From contig CAZGSL010000001.1 of assembly GCA_964528445.1 (NCBI GenBank), forward strand, positions 82,530 to 114,529: a stretch of DNA of 32,000 bases. Direction: 5' to 3'. Below the pieces are notes generated by a model, which worked only from the letters and a program-made list of their open reading frames with translations, was not told where the DNA came from and did no database searches. The position numbers were made by a program, and so were the translations under genes. The stretch comes from an uncultured Balneolaceae bacterium (GTDB taxonomy: Bacteria > Bacteroidota > Rhodothermia > Balneolales > Balneolaceae). Below, piece after piece: positions 7,976-16,189 of the stretch; within the stretch, counting starts at the first letter, position 1; the number at the start of each line of letters is the position of its first letter.

Positions 7976-9346
7976 TCAGGCGTACTCCGGCAGGCGGCGG
8001 AAAAATTCCGCGGAGGTTTCGATCCCCCGGTAGAAATCCTTGAGCGAGAACTTCTCGTTGGGAGAGTGAATGGCATCGCTGGTGAGGCCGAAGCCCATCA
8101 GTATGGACTGGGCTCCCAGCACCTTCTTGAAATCGGCCACGATGGGAATGGATCCCCCTTCCCGGGCATAGAGCGGCTCTTTGCCGTAGACCTCTTCGAA
8201 AGCGTCGGCTGCCGCCTTGAGGCCATAAAAGGAGAGATCGGTACTCGCCGGATGTCCCCCGTGATGCTCGGTCACCTCGACCTCCACCGTATCGGGAGCC
8301 AGTTCGTGGATGTATTCGGTAAAGAGGCGGGCGACGGTTTCGGGGTCCTGGTCAGGCACCAGGCGCATGCTGATCTTGGCCCCCGCCTTTGAGGGCAGAA
8401 CGGTCTTGGCCCCCTCTCCCTGGTAGCCGCTCCACATCCCGTTTACGTCGATCGAGGGGCGCGCGGTGGTCCGCTCCAGGGTGCTGTAGCCTTCCTCCCC
8501 GTTCAGGGCCTTGAGGCCCAGCTCCTTTTTGTAGGCCTCGGGGTCGAAGGGCAGTTTCGCGAAGGCTTCCCTCTCCTCATCGGTAATCGGTTTCACGTCG
8601 TCGTAGAATCCGGGTATCTGGATGACACCGGCTTCGTCTTTCAGCCGGGCGATCATCCCGGATAGCACCATGGCCGGGTTGTCCACCGCTCCGCCGTAAA
8701 CGCCCGAATGGAGATCCCGGTTGGGACCGGTAAGATTCACCTCCATATACGCAAGCCCCCGGAGTCCGTACGTCAGGGAGGGGGTATCCTCCGCGAACAT
8801 GGCGGTGTCGGAGATGACCACCATGTCGCACTCCAGCAGTTCCCGGTGCTCGGTAATAAAAGGCACGAGATGGGGAGAGCCGATCTCTTCCTCTCCCTCC
8901 AGGATGAATTTGATATTGACGGGGAAAGGGGTATCCGTCCTCCTGTACGCCTCAAGCGCCTTGCAGTGGGTAAACGACTGTCCCTTGTCGTCGCTCGCCC
9001 CGCGTGCATAGATCTTACCGTCGCGAAGCGTGGGTTCGAAAGGAGGTGTCTCCCAGAGGTCCAGCGGATCCGGGGGCTGTACGTCGTAATGGCCGTATAC
9101 CAGTACCGTAGGACGGTCGCTTCCGGTTGTCAGCTCACCGTATACAATCGGGTTGCCCTCGGTTTCAAAAAGCTCAACACGGTCGAGATCCAGCGATTCC
9201 AGCTGTTTTTCCCAGAACCTGGCCGCCTCCCGCACGTCGTCCCGGTGGCTGGAGTCCGTGCTTACACTGGGTATGCGAAGCAGTTCATAAAGTTCCTCCC
9301 GAAAACGGTCCCGATTGTCGCGGATGTATTTTTTGAAATCGGCCAT
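7976..9346 (-). CDS. M20-family metallo-dipeptidase (ArgE/DapE/ACY1/CPG2 clan)
   Basis: MADFKKYIRDNRDRFREELYELLRIPSVS...VLVYGHYDVQPPDPLDLWETPPFEPTLRDGKIYARGASDDKGQ carries the hallmark M20A metal-binding and catalytic motifs. Convergent with the oxidoreductase gene, 14 nt apart. Confidence 0.88.
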   Translation of the reverse strand: MADFKKYIRDNRDRFREELYELLRIPSVSTDSSHRDDVREAARFWEKQLESLDLDRVELFETEGNPIVYGELTTGSDRPTVLVYGHYDVQPPDPLDLWETPPFEPTLRDGKIYARGASDDKGQSFTHCKALEAYRRTDTPFPVNIKFILEGEEEIGSPHLVPFITEHRELLECDMVVISDTAMFAEDTPSLTYGLRGLAYMEVNLTGPNRDLHSGVYGGAVDNPAMVLSGMIARLKDEAGVIQIPGFYDDVKPITDEEREAFAKLPFDPEAYKKELGLKALNGEEGYSTLERTTARPSIDVNGMWSGYQGEGAKTVLPSKAGAKISMRLVPDQDPETVARLFTEYIHELAPDTVEVEVTEHHGGHPASTDLSFYGLKAAADAFEEVYGKEPLYAREGGSIPIVADFKKVLGAQSILMGFGLTSDAIHSPNEKFSLKDFYRGIETSAEFFRRLPEYA

Positions 9347-9425
9347 GGGAAAAAAGCTGTTTGTGGTTTGGTAAGTGAGAAAGTAACAAAGCGCGGTCAG
9401 GCAGACAACGCCCGGTTTATGCGCG

Positions 9426-10232
9426 CTACAGCACCTTGAGGTGTTCGGCGGGAATCCATCCGTAGAGCCCGTTACTCATCCGAACGTAATACCATCCCCC
9501 GCGGTCGTGGCTGCGCCGGTGATCTACGGTAAAGGTATAGCCCTCGAAGGCCCGGCTCACGTTGGGGGCATCCTCGCCGGGCTCTTCCCTGACGTCGGCC
9601 TCCTGCGTGACCATGACGGCGCGGCTGTACCGCTGGTCCAGGTGCCGGGCATAGAAACTGACGGCGATGATCAGAACGCCGGCCGCAAGAAGCGAGAATC
9701 CCCCGTGTTTCAACACCGTCTGCCATCGCGAGCGAAACCACCGGATGACGATCAGGATCACGCCCAGGTTCAGCAGCAGGAGTCCCCCGCCCAGGAGCGT
9801 TCGGGCTCCGATATACTCCTGTATCCACTCAATGGCCCGTTGCCAGGGAAGTTTGGGAAGAACGGCTGACTGGCGGCTGAAACGGTTCTCCACAAATTCC
9901 AGTCCCTCCCGGGCCCGCTCCCTGGTTTCCCCGTACCCGCGGGCCTTCATAAAATAGTATTTGGCTTTTCCCAGCGAATCCACCCGGGTGTAGGCAATCC
10001 CCATGTTCAGGAACAGGGCCCCGGAGAGGTGATGATCGGACTCCAGCTCCCGGTACTCCTCCAGCGCGGCGTAATACTCTCCCTCCGTGAGGTATTGATT
10101 GGCGTTATCGAACCGGGCCTGCGGAGTGTTTTGCGCCTGCGCCGCCGTGGAGAGAAGAAGGGCCAGGGCTGCGACAAAAAAAAGCCGCCCCGCATACTGG
10201 TCCGATGTGATATGGGCGAGGATTCGAAGCAC
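9426..10232 (-). CDS. batE: BatE-like protein (signal peptide, TPR, TM segments, C-terminal SH3-like domain)
   Basis: Signal peptide LFFVAALALLLSTAAQAQ. TPR-like YYAALEEYRELE...MGIAYTRVDSLGKAKYYFMKA. Two hydrophobic helices. SH3b-like C-terminus (GWYYVRMSNGLYGWIPAEHLKVL). Its start codon directly abuts the batD stop. Confidence 0.7.
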   Translation of the reverse strand: MLRILAHITSDQYAGRLFFVAALALLLSTAAQAQNTPQARFDNANQYLTEGEYYAALEEYRELESDHHLSGALFLNMGIAYTRVDSLGKAKYYFMKARGYGETRERAREGLEFVENRFSRQSAVLPKLPWQRAIEWIQEYIGARTLLGGGLLLLNLGVILIVIRWFRSRWQTVLKHGGFSLLAAGVLIIAVSFYARHLDQRYSRAVMVTQEADVREEPGEDAPNVSRAFEGYTFTVDHRRSHDRGGWYYVRMSNGLYGWIPAEHLKVL

Positions 10233-12011
10233 CTAGAGCTCTTTCATCAGTTTTTCCAGGGTGCTCTGTGCCAGATCTACATGCGACTTCAGGTACTCGT
10301 GCGTGGTATCGGGGGCGTAGCTGATTGTCGCGCATTTGTCAAGCAGCAGCCGGATGTTCTTGACCAGTTCGGGATTGACGCCCTCCTCCTCAAGCGCGGA
10401 AACATACTGCTGAATGGAGAGGCCGGCTTCGGGCAGTCCCAGTCGGTCGCCGATGAATCCGGTCAGCGCTTTCTGCAGGCGGTGATATGCCTCCTTGACC
10501 GCCCCCTCCCTCGACAGTTGAATGGCCTCCCGGAGCTGCTCGTCTGCTTTCTCGGGAGCCCTTACCGAACGGGCGAAGCTGCGGTTGCTGTTCATCTTCT
10601 CGTGATAGGTTTTCTGCCAGTACCCTACGGCGAGCAGCAGCAGGGGGAACGTGATGCCGGTCCAGAACCACCAACGGTCCAGCAGGCCGCCCGATCTCGG
10701 GCCGGTCCAGCTGGTCAGCCCGGTCACCGGCTGCACGGCGAGAGATCGGTAATCGGCGGAGGGTGTGACGGCATCGGGACTCCGAACGGCGTTAACGGTA
10801 AGGGCAGGCAGGGTCTGCTGCCGGTAATCCTCGATTTCGGGATCGTACCACGAGAGGGTTGTTTCGGGGATGGTGTGACTGCCCGGGGTACGGGCCACTA
10901 CGACGTCCGTAAATATTTTCCTGCCGCTTATCCTGCGGTTTTCCCGGTTGATCATGGTATTTTCCCGGGGCGTATAGGTTTCCAGTCCGTCGGGAAACGG
11001 GTACTCTGGGCCCGAGAGCAGCGGAAGATTGCCGGTTCCGCTGATCACGGTTTCAATTTCGATGGATTCCCCCACCGTAACTTCCCGCCTGGAGATGTTC
11101 CGGCTGATGTTGAAATCGCCTACACCCACGGTCGCATGGTCCCCCTCGCGGTCAGGAAGCGGCCGAACGTTCAGGGTCAGGGGATCGCTTTCAAGTTCGA
11201 CCTGCCGCTGGTTGGATCCGAATCCCCCGAAAAAACTGCTGAAGGGATCGTCTCTCGAAGAGGTGGAGCGTACCGTCGTCACCACCTCGTAGGGACTGAT
11301 GGTCAGCTCTCCCGACTTGGTGGGGAAAAGGGAAAACTGCAGGAGGCTGACCCGGTTGTAGCGAACGCCGTTCAGGACGGTGGTCTCGGCCCGCCGCCTG
11401 CTTTGGGTGTTGTCCAGCTCCTCTTTCCAGAATCCCTCGGCTTTCCACCCGGGCACCGGCTGGAAAGAGTTCACCTCCAGTTCGTCCCTGAAGTAGAGCA
11501 CGACGTCGGCGATCAGTTGCTGGCCGGAGACCGGGCGCTCGTCGCTGACCTCCATCTCCAGGTAGATCTCAGGCCGTGAATCGGCGGAGGGATTATCGGC
11601 TGATTCGTTCCGGTCAATGACGGTAACGCGGATAGCGTTTGTTTCGTGGCGGTTCCCGTCGATGGTGACGGGAACGGAGGGAATTTCATAGGTGCCGCTG
11701 TTTTCGGCGGTCAGGTAGTAGGTGTAGGCGTAACTCGTGCTGCTGCGGCCGTTGATGAAATTAAAGCTGCGGGAGGTGGAGGGCGTGTTGCTGAGCAGGC
11801 GGAAACCTGGAATATCCGGAATATCGGGACGGGATACATCGGTGAAATTCCCGCTGATCTCGATGGTAAACTCCACACGTTCTCCGGTATAGATCGTGTT
11901 TTGGGAGATCGTGGCTTCCACATTGGGAGAGGTCTGGCCCCTGGCGATCCCGGCGGTAAGCGCAATCAGCAGTACGCAAAAGAGGCCCGCGTGCTTACCA
12001 GTCCTTTTCAT
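10233..12011 (-). CDS. batD: BatD-family (oxygen-tolerance) protein
   Basis: 592 aa. Signal peptide followed by ISQNTIYTGERVEFTIEISG and repeated beta-rich modules, one TM helix (WWFWTGITFPLLLLAVGYW) and a C-terminal helical region. This is the usual BatD architecture, and it lies between batC-like and batE-like genes. Confidence 0.8.
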   Translation of the reverse strand: MKRTGKHAGLFCVLLIALTAGIARGQTSPNVEATISQNTIYTGERVEFTIEISGNFTDVSRPDIPDIPGFRLLSNTPSTSRSFNFINGRSSTSYAYTYYLTAENSGTYEIPSVPVTIDGNRHETNAIRVTVIDRNESADNPSADSRPEIYLEMEVSDERPVSGQQLIADVVLYFRDELEVNSFQPVPGWKAEGFWKEELDNTQSRRRAETTVLNGVRYNRVSLLQFSLFPTKSGELTISPYEVVTTVRSTSSRDDPFSSFFGGFGSNQRQVELESDPLTLNVRPLPDREGDHATVGVGDFNISRNISRREVTVGESIEIETVISGTGNLPLLSGPEYPFPDGLETYTPRENTMINRENRRISGRKIFTDVVVARTPGSHTIPETTLSWYDPEIEDYRQQTLPALTVNAVRSPDAVTPSADYRSLAVQPVTGLTSWTGPRSGGLLDRWWFWTGITFPLLLLAVGYWQKTYHEKMNSNRSFARSVRAPEKADEQLREAIQLSREGAVKEAYHRLQKALTGFIGDRLGLPEAGLSIQQYVSALEEEGVNPELVKNIRLLLDKCATISYAPDTTHEYLKSHVDLAQSTLEKLMKEL

Positions 12012-12702
12012 TGGAGTTTGTGCTCGATTCCGTTTTTTGTTTCTTGAATTCCTTCAGCAGGTCTCTCTCTTTCTGTTCAAGCGCCTGAAGGATCTTTTCG
12101 GCCTCGGCTTTGCTTATCTGGCTGTTTTGCTGGCGTTGTTGCTGGTTTTGCTGTTGTTGCTCCTGCTGTTCCGGGTTCTGCTCCTGATTTTGCTGATTCT
12201 GCTGCTGTTGCTGCTGGTCCTGTTGATTCTGCTGGTTTTGCTGGTTCTGACTCTGCTGCTGATTCTGTTGCTGCTGTTGCTGCTCCTGCTCCTGCTGCTT
12301 TTGCATCGCCAGTTCGTAGTTGTGCTTGGCGTCGGCATCGCCGTTCCGGTAGCGGAGCGCGTTCCGGTAGTAGTCCAGGGCCCGGTCCCATTGCTGGCCG
12401 TCCGTATAGATGTTGCCGATATTGTAGTTGGCCCTGGCTTCGTCACGCGGATCATCCGTCATCGATTTGTACTGTTCGAATGTCCGGACGGCCTCTTCGC
12501 TCTTGCCGGTTTTGGCCAGCGCGTTCCCCAGGTTGAAATAGAGTCTGGCATTGTCGGGCTCGCTGTCAATAGCCTGCCGGTAGAGTTCAACCGCTTTTTC
12601 ATACTCCCCGTTTCTGTAGGCTTCGTTGGCCTTGCGGGCGTCATCCGGGGAGGCCCCCGCCAGGAGAATGGCAAGTGACAGTATGAGGATTCTTCTTATC
12701 AT
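11995..12702 (-). CDS. batC: BatC-like TPR protein with a ~60-residue Gln/Asn-rich tract
   Basis: Signal peptide. TPR repeats (ANEAYRNGEYEKAVELYRQAI, YFNLGNALAKTGKSEEAVRTFEQY, YNIGNIYTDGQQWDRALDYYRNAL). Q/N-rich linker and a conserved tail (ISKAEAEKILQALEQKERDLLKEF). Overlaps the batD start by 17 nt. Confidence 0.75.
   Translation of the reverse strand: MIRRILILSLAILLAGASPDDARKANEAYRNGEYEKAVELYRQAIDSEPDNARLYFNLGNALAKTGKSEEAVRTFEQYKSMTDDPRDEARANYNIGNIYTDGQQWDRALDYYRNALRYRNGDADAKHNYELAMQKQQEQEQQQQQQNQQQSQNQQNQQNQQDQQQQQQNQQNQEQNPEQQEQQQQNQQQRQQNSQISKAEAEKILQALEQKERDLLKEFKKQKTESSTNSNEKDW
12118..12303 (-). repeat. Imperfect CAG/CAA (Gln) plus AAC (Asn) trinucleotide-rich tract inside batC
   Basis: The plus strand reads CTG/TTG/GTT-rich for ~185 nt. 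It encodes QKQQEQEQQQQQQNQQQSQNQQNQQNQQDQQQQQQNQQNQEQNPEQQEQQQQNQQQRQQNSQ (aa 134-195). It also produces an artefactual poly-Leu ORF on the opposite strand. Confidence 0.9.
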
Positions 12703-12757
12703 AGCGTGTTTTTTCCTGAAAATCGTTAACGAACGAATCGCCGCCAGATTGTGAAAG

Positions 12758-13519
12758 CTAGTCCATGCTTTCTGCCAGCGCGAGGGTCTCCTCGTCCATT
12801 TTCATGTTGGTGAAGACATTGGATACGTCGTCGTTCTCCTCAAATTGTTCCATCAGTCTGAAATTGGAGCGGGCCGTCTTCTCATCCACTTTGACTTCCG
12901 TGATGGGAATACGGATCAGTTCGGAAGATTCCACCTCGTAATCGAACGCCTCGAGGGCCTCCTTCACCTCAAACATCTTTTCCCGTCCGGTGGTGACGGC
13001 AAAATACTCCTCCTCCGCGTCAATCTCCTCCGCGCCGGCGTCGATGGCGTTCAGCATGAACTCCTCTTCGTCATGGTCGTTTCTGACCACCCGGACCATC
13101 CCTTTCTGATTGAAGAGGTATCCCACCGATCCGTCGGTGCCCAGGTTACCGCCGTGCTTGGAGAAGAGATAACGAATGTCGGCCACCGTGCGGTTGTAAT
13201 TGTTGGTGGTCACCTCTATGAAATAGGCAATGCCTCCCGGGCCGTATCCTTCGTAGGTGGCGTCTTCGTAGCGCCCCTCTCCCTCATCCAGTTCGCCTGT
13301 CCCTTTCTTAATGGCTCGCTCGATGTTGTCTTTGGGGACATTGTCGCTCTTGGCGTTGTCAATGGCCATGCTGAGGCGGGGATTCGTATCGGGATCGCCG
13401 CCTCCTTCCCGGGCGGCCACGGAGATCTCCCTCAGGTGCTTGTTGAAGATCTTGTTCCGTTTTTTGTCTTCACGGGCCTTCTTGTGCTTGATGTTGGCCC
13501 ATTTGGAATGACCTGCCAT
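12758..13519 (-). CDS. yebC: YebC/PmpR-family DNA-binding transcriptional regulator
   Basis: MAGHSKWANIKHKKAREDKKRNKIFNKHLREISVAAREGGGDPDTNPRL is the near-invariant YebC N-terminus. 253 aa is full length. Confidence 0.93.
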   Translation of the reverse strand: MAGHSKWANIKHKKAREDKKRNKIFNKHLREISVAAREGGGDPDTNPRLSMAIDNAKSDNVPKDNIERAIKKGTGELDEGEGRYEDATYEGYGPGGIAYFIEVTTNNYNRTVADIRYLFSKHGGNLGTDGSVGYLFNQKGMVRVVRNDHDEEEFMLNAIDAGAEEIDAEEEYFAVTTGREKMFEVKEALEAFDYEVESSELIRIPITEVKVDEKTARSNFRLMEQFEENDDVSNVFTNMKMDEETLALAESMD

Positions 13520-13743
13520 AAGAGGTAACAGTAATCGTTATTTGGGATGATTTCCGGTTCGGTGAAACTCGCCTTGCCCAAGGTGCCCAATATAAGAGTT
13601 AGGCGGCATTGCACCTAATACGGGACCGCCGCCGAACCCCGGAATGCAACCGGTCCTCTTCTTTGTTAGCCCCTATGTGTCATACTATGGGAGCGGCTCC
13701 GCCGTTTCAGGCAGTGAGGTCAATCGATCACGAATTTTCCAGG

Positions 13744-14889
13744 ATGAAGATAGGAATTGTTTGTTATCCCACTTTCGGAGGAAGCGGGGTGGTGGCTACG
13801 GAACTGGCCAAGGAGCTGGCGCAGCGCGACCACCAGATTCATATCCTGAGTTACGAGCGGCCGGCCCGCCTGGGCGCCCTTCAGACCAACATCTCTTTTC
13901 ACGAGGTAAACCTGGTTACCTATCCCCTGTTTGAATATCCGCCGTACGACCTGGCCCTGGCTAACCAGATGGTGAACCTGATTGATCACGAGGGCATCGA
14001 TCTCCTGCATGTCCACTACGCCATTCCCCACGCCACCAGCGCGTACCTCGCCAAACAGATCCTGGGAGAGAAAGCCGCACATGTGCCTATTATCACCACG
14101 TTGCACGGGACGGACATCACGCTGGTGGGCAGCGATCCCAGTTACAAAAACGTGGTCGATTTCTCCATCAACCAGAGTGACGGCGTGACCGCCGTCTCAA
14201 ATTACCTGAGGGAGGAGACCCTGGACCGTTTTGACATTCGCCGCGAGATAGAGGTCATTCCCAACTTTATCGACCTGCAACGCTTTCGCAAATCTGACAA
14301 GGAGCATTTCAAACGCAGCATCGGCCAGGCCGGGGAGAAAGTGATCGTGCATGTTTCCAACTTTCGCGAGGTCAAGCGTGTGCCGGACGTGGTAGAGGTT
14401 TTCCACCGGATGCTGGAGGGCGGTCTGAAAGCGAAGCTGCTGCTGGTCGGAGACGGGCCCGACCGGCAGAGCGCCGAAAAAAAATGCCGGGAGCTGGGCG
14501 TCTGCGACCAGGTGCGGTTTCTCGGCAAGCAGGATCAGGTAGAGGAGATTTTATCGGTGGCCGACCTGTTCCTCATCCCCTCGGGTTCGGAAACCTTCGG
14601 CTTGGCGGCCCTGGAGGCGATGAGCTGCAGCGTCCCGGTGATCAGCTCCGATATCGGGGGACTCCCGGAGCTGAATATTCACGGAGAGACCGGGTACCTG
14701 TGCGAACTGGGGGACGTACAGGATATGGCCGAGCACGGTCTGAGGATCCTGGGGAACGAGGAGCTGCACGAGGAGATGTCCCGCAAGGCCCGAAAGCGGG
14801 CCGAAGAGTTTGAAATGAGTACGGTCGTCACCCGCTACGAAGAGTACTACCAGAGCGTACGCGAGCGGATGACCCCAGCGCTGGGTTGA
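13744..14889 (+). CDS. bshA: N-acetyl-alpha-D-glucosaminyl L-malate synthase (bacillithiol biosynthesis glycosyltransferase, GT4)
   Basis: MKIGIVCYPTFGGSGVVATELAKELAQRDHQIHILSY closely matches the BshA N-terminus. The GT4 C-terminal motif ETFGLAALEAMSCSVPVISSDIGGLPE is present. The track ORF starts at 13609, but those 45 upstream codons look non-coding. Confidence 0.88.
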   Translation: MKIGIVCYPTFGGSGVVATELAKELAQRDHQIHILSYERPARLGALQTNISFHEVNLVTYPLFEYPPYDLALANQMVNLIDHEGIDLLHVHYAIPHATSAYLAKQILGEKAAHVPIITTLHGTDITLVGSDPSYKNVVDFSINQSDGVTAVSNYLREETLDRFDIRREIEVIPNFIDLQRFRKSDKEHFKRSIGQAGEKVIVHVSNFREVKRVPDVVEVFHRMLEGGLKAKLLLVGDGPDRQSAEKKCRELGVCDQVRFLGKQDQVEEILSVADLFLIPSGSETFGLAALEAMSCSVPVISSDIGGLPELNIHGETGYLCELGDVQDMAEHGLRILGNEELHEEMSRKARKRAEEFEMSTVVTRYEEYYQSVRERMTPALG

Positions 14890-14890
14890 A

Positions 14891-16099
14891 CTACGCGGCC
14901 AGTACCCGCGATACCTCTTCCGCGGCGTCTTTCAGCAGCACGGCCGAGATCACGTTCAGGTCCGACCGGTCAATTATCTCCTTCGCCTCCTCGGCGTTGG
15001 TGCCCTGAAGGCGGACGATGATGGGTACGTTTTCCACCTTCTGGGCGATCTCGGGATCCTTGACCGCCTCAATCACCCCGTTGGCGACCCGGTCGCAGCG
15101 TACGATGCCACCGAATATATTTATAAGGATGGCGCGGACGCTTTCGTCTTCCAGGATGATTCGGAAGCCGTTTTTCACCGTCTCCACGTTGGCGCTGCCG
15201 CCCACATCGAGGAAATTGGCCGGCTCGCCTCCGGACAGCTTGATGATATCCATGGTGGCCATGGCCAGTCCGGCGCCGTTCACCATGCATCCCACGTTTC
15301 CGTCCAGTTTGATGTAGTTCAGTCCGAATTCGGAGGCCTCCAGCTCAATAGGGTTCTCCTCGGATTCGTCCCGAAGTTCCTCGATCTCCCCTTGCCGGAA
15401 GAGGGCGTTGTCGTCGAAGGTCATCTTGGCGTCCAGTGCCAGCACGTCGTCGCCAGGTGTAAGTACCAGAGGATTGATCTCCACCAGGCTGGCGTCGGTC
15501 TCCTCGTAGCAGCGATAGAGCGCTATGATTAATTTCACGGCCTTCTTGAAGGCGCCGCCTTCCAGGCCAAGTGCGAAAGCCAGACGGCGCGCCTGGTTGT
15601 GCTGCAGGGCCATGCCGGGCTCCACCCACTCCTTGACGATTTTGTCGGGAGATTCCTCGGCCACCTTCTCGATTTCCATTCCTCCCTCGGTGGAGGCCAT
15701 GATCACATTCTTGCTTTTGGAGCGGTCCAGCAGAATGCCCAGGTAAAACTCCTGTGTGATGTCTACCCCGTCGGTAACGTAGATTCGCTGCACTTTCTGG
15801 CCTTCCTCGCCTGTCTGGGCGGTTACCAGCACGTCATCCAGCAGGGAATCGGCTGCCTCGCGCACCTCGTCAACAGTATCGCATAGAATCACACCCTTTG
15901 CGCCGCTCTCCTTCGTTCGGCCCTTCCCGCGTCCCCCGGCGTGGATCTGGGCCTTGACTACGAACAGAGTGGCGCCGTCGGCTTTCATCTCTTCGGCCGC
16001 CGTTACGGCGTCCTCCACGGTTGTGGCGGCGACACCTGCGGGTACGGCTACATCATGTGCTTTCAGGATCTCCTTGGCCTGGTATTCGTGTATCTTCAT
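14891..16099 (-). CDS. sucC: Succinate--CoA ligase (ADP-forming) beta subunit
   Basis: MKIHEYQAKEILKAHDVAVP...VKAQIHAGGRGKG...GCMVNGAGLAMATMD are canonical SucC motifs. No sucD is adjacent. Its stop lies 1 nt from the convergent bshA stop. Confidence 0.95.
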   Translation of the reverse strand: MKIHEYQAKEILKAHDVAVPAGVAATTVEDAVTAAEEMKADGATLFVVKAQIHAGGRGKGRTKESGAKGVILCDTVDEVREAADSLLDDVLVTAQTGEEGQKVQRIYVTDGVDITQEFYLGILLDRSKSKNVIMASTEGGMEIEKVAEESPDKIVKEWVEPGMALQHNQARRLAFALGLEGGAFKKAVKLIIALYRCYEETDASLVEINPLVLTPGDDVLALDAKMTFDDNALFRQGEIEELRDESEENPIELEASEFGLNYIKLDGNVGCMVNGAGLAMATMDIIKLSGGEPANFLDVGGSANVETVKNGFRIILEDESVRAILINIFGGIVRCDRVANGVIEAVKDPEIAQKVENVPIIVRLQGTNAEEAKEIIDRSDLNVISAVLLKDAAEEVSRVLAA

Positions 16100-16189
16100 G
16101 TTACAAAAGGGTGAATCGGTTAATTGCCTGCAGATGAATTCCGCCGGAAGTATACCAAGTATAGGCGGTAAAAAAAAGAAGAGCGGCGT

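Noticed and set aside
11896-12678. 260-aa ORF with an extreme poly-Leu tract, which looks like a membrane protein.
   Set aside because: It is the reverse-complement reading of the CAG/CAA repeat in batC. It has no start context and overlaps two well-supported minus-strand genes.
13609-13743. 45-codon N-terminal extension of bshA in the ORF track (MHLIRDRRRTPECNRSS...).
   Set aside because: BshA homologues begin at MKIG(I/V)xCYP, which corresponds to the ATG at 13744. The extension is Arg/Cys/Pro-rich and lies in the divergent yebC-bshA promoter region.
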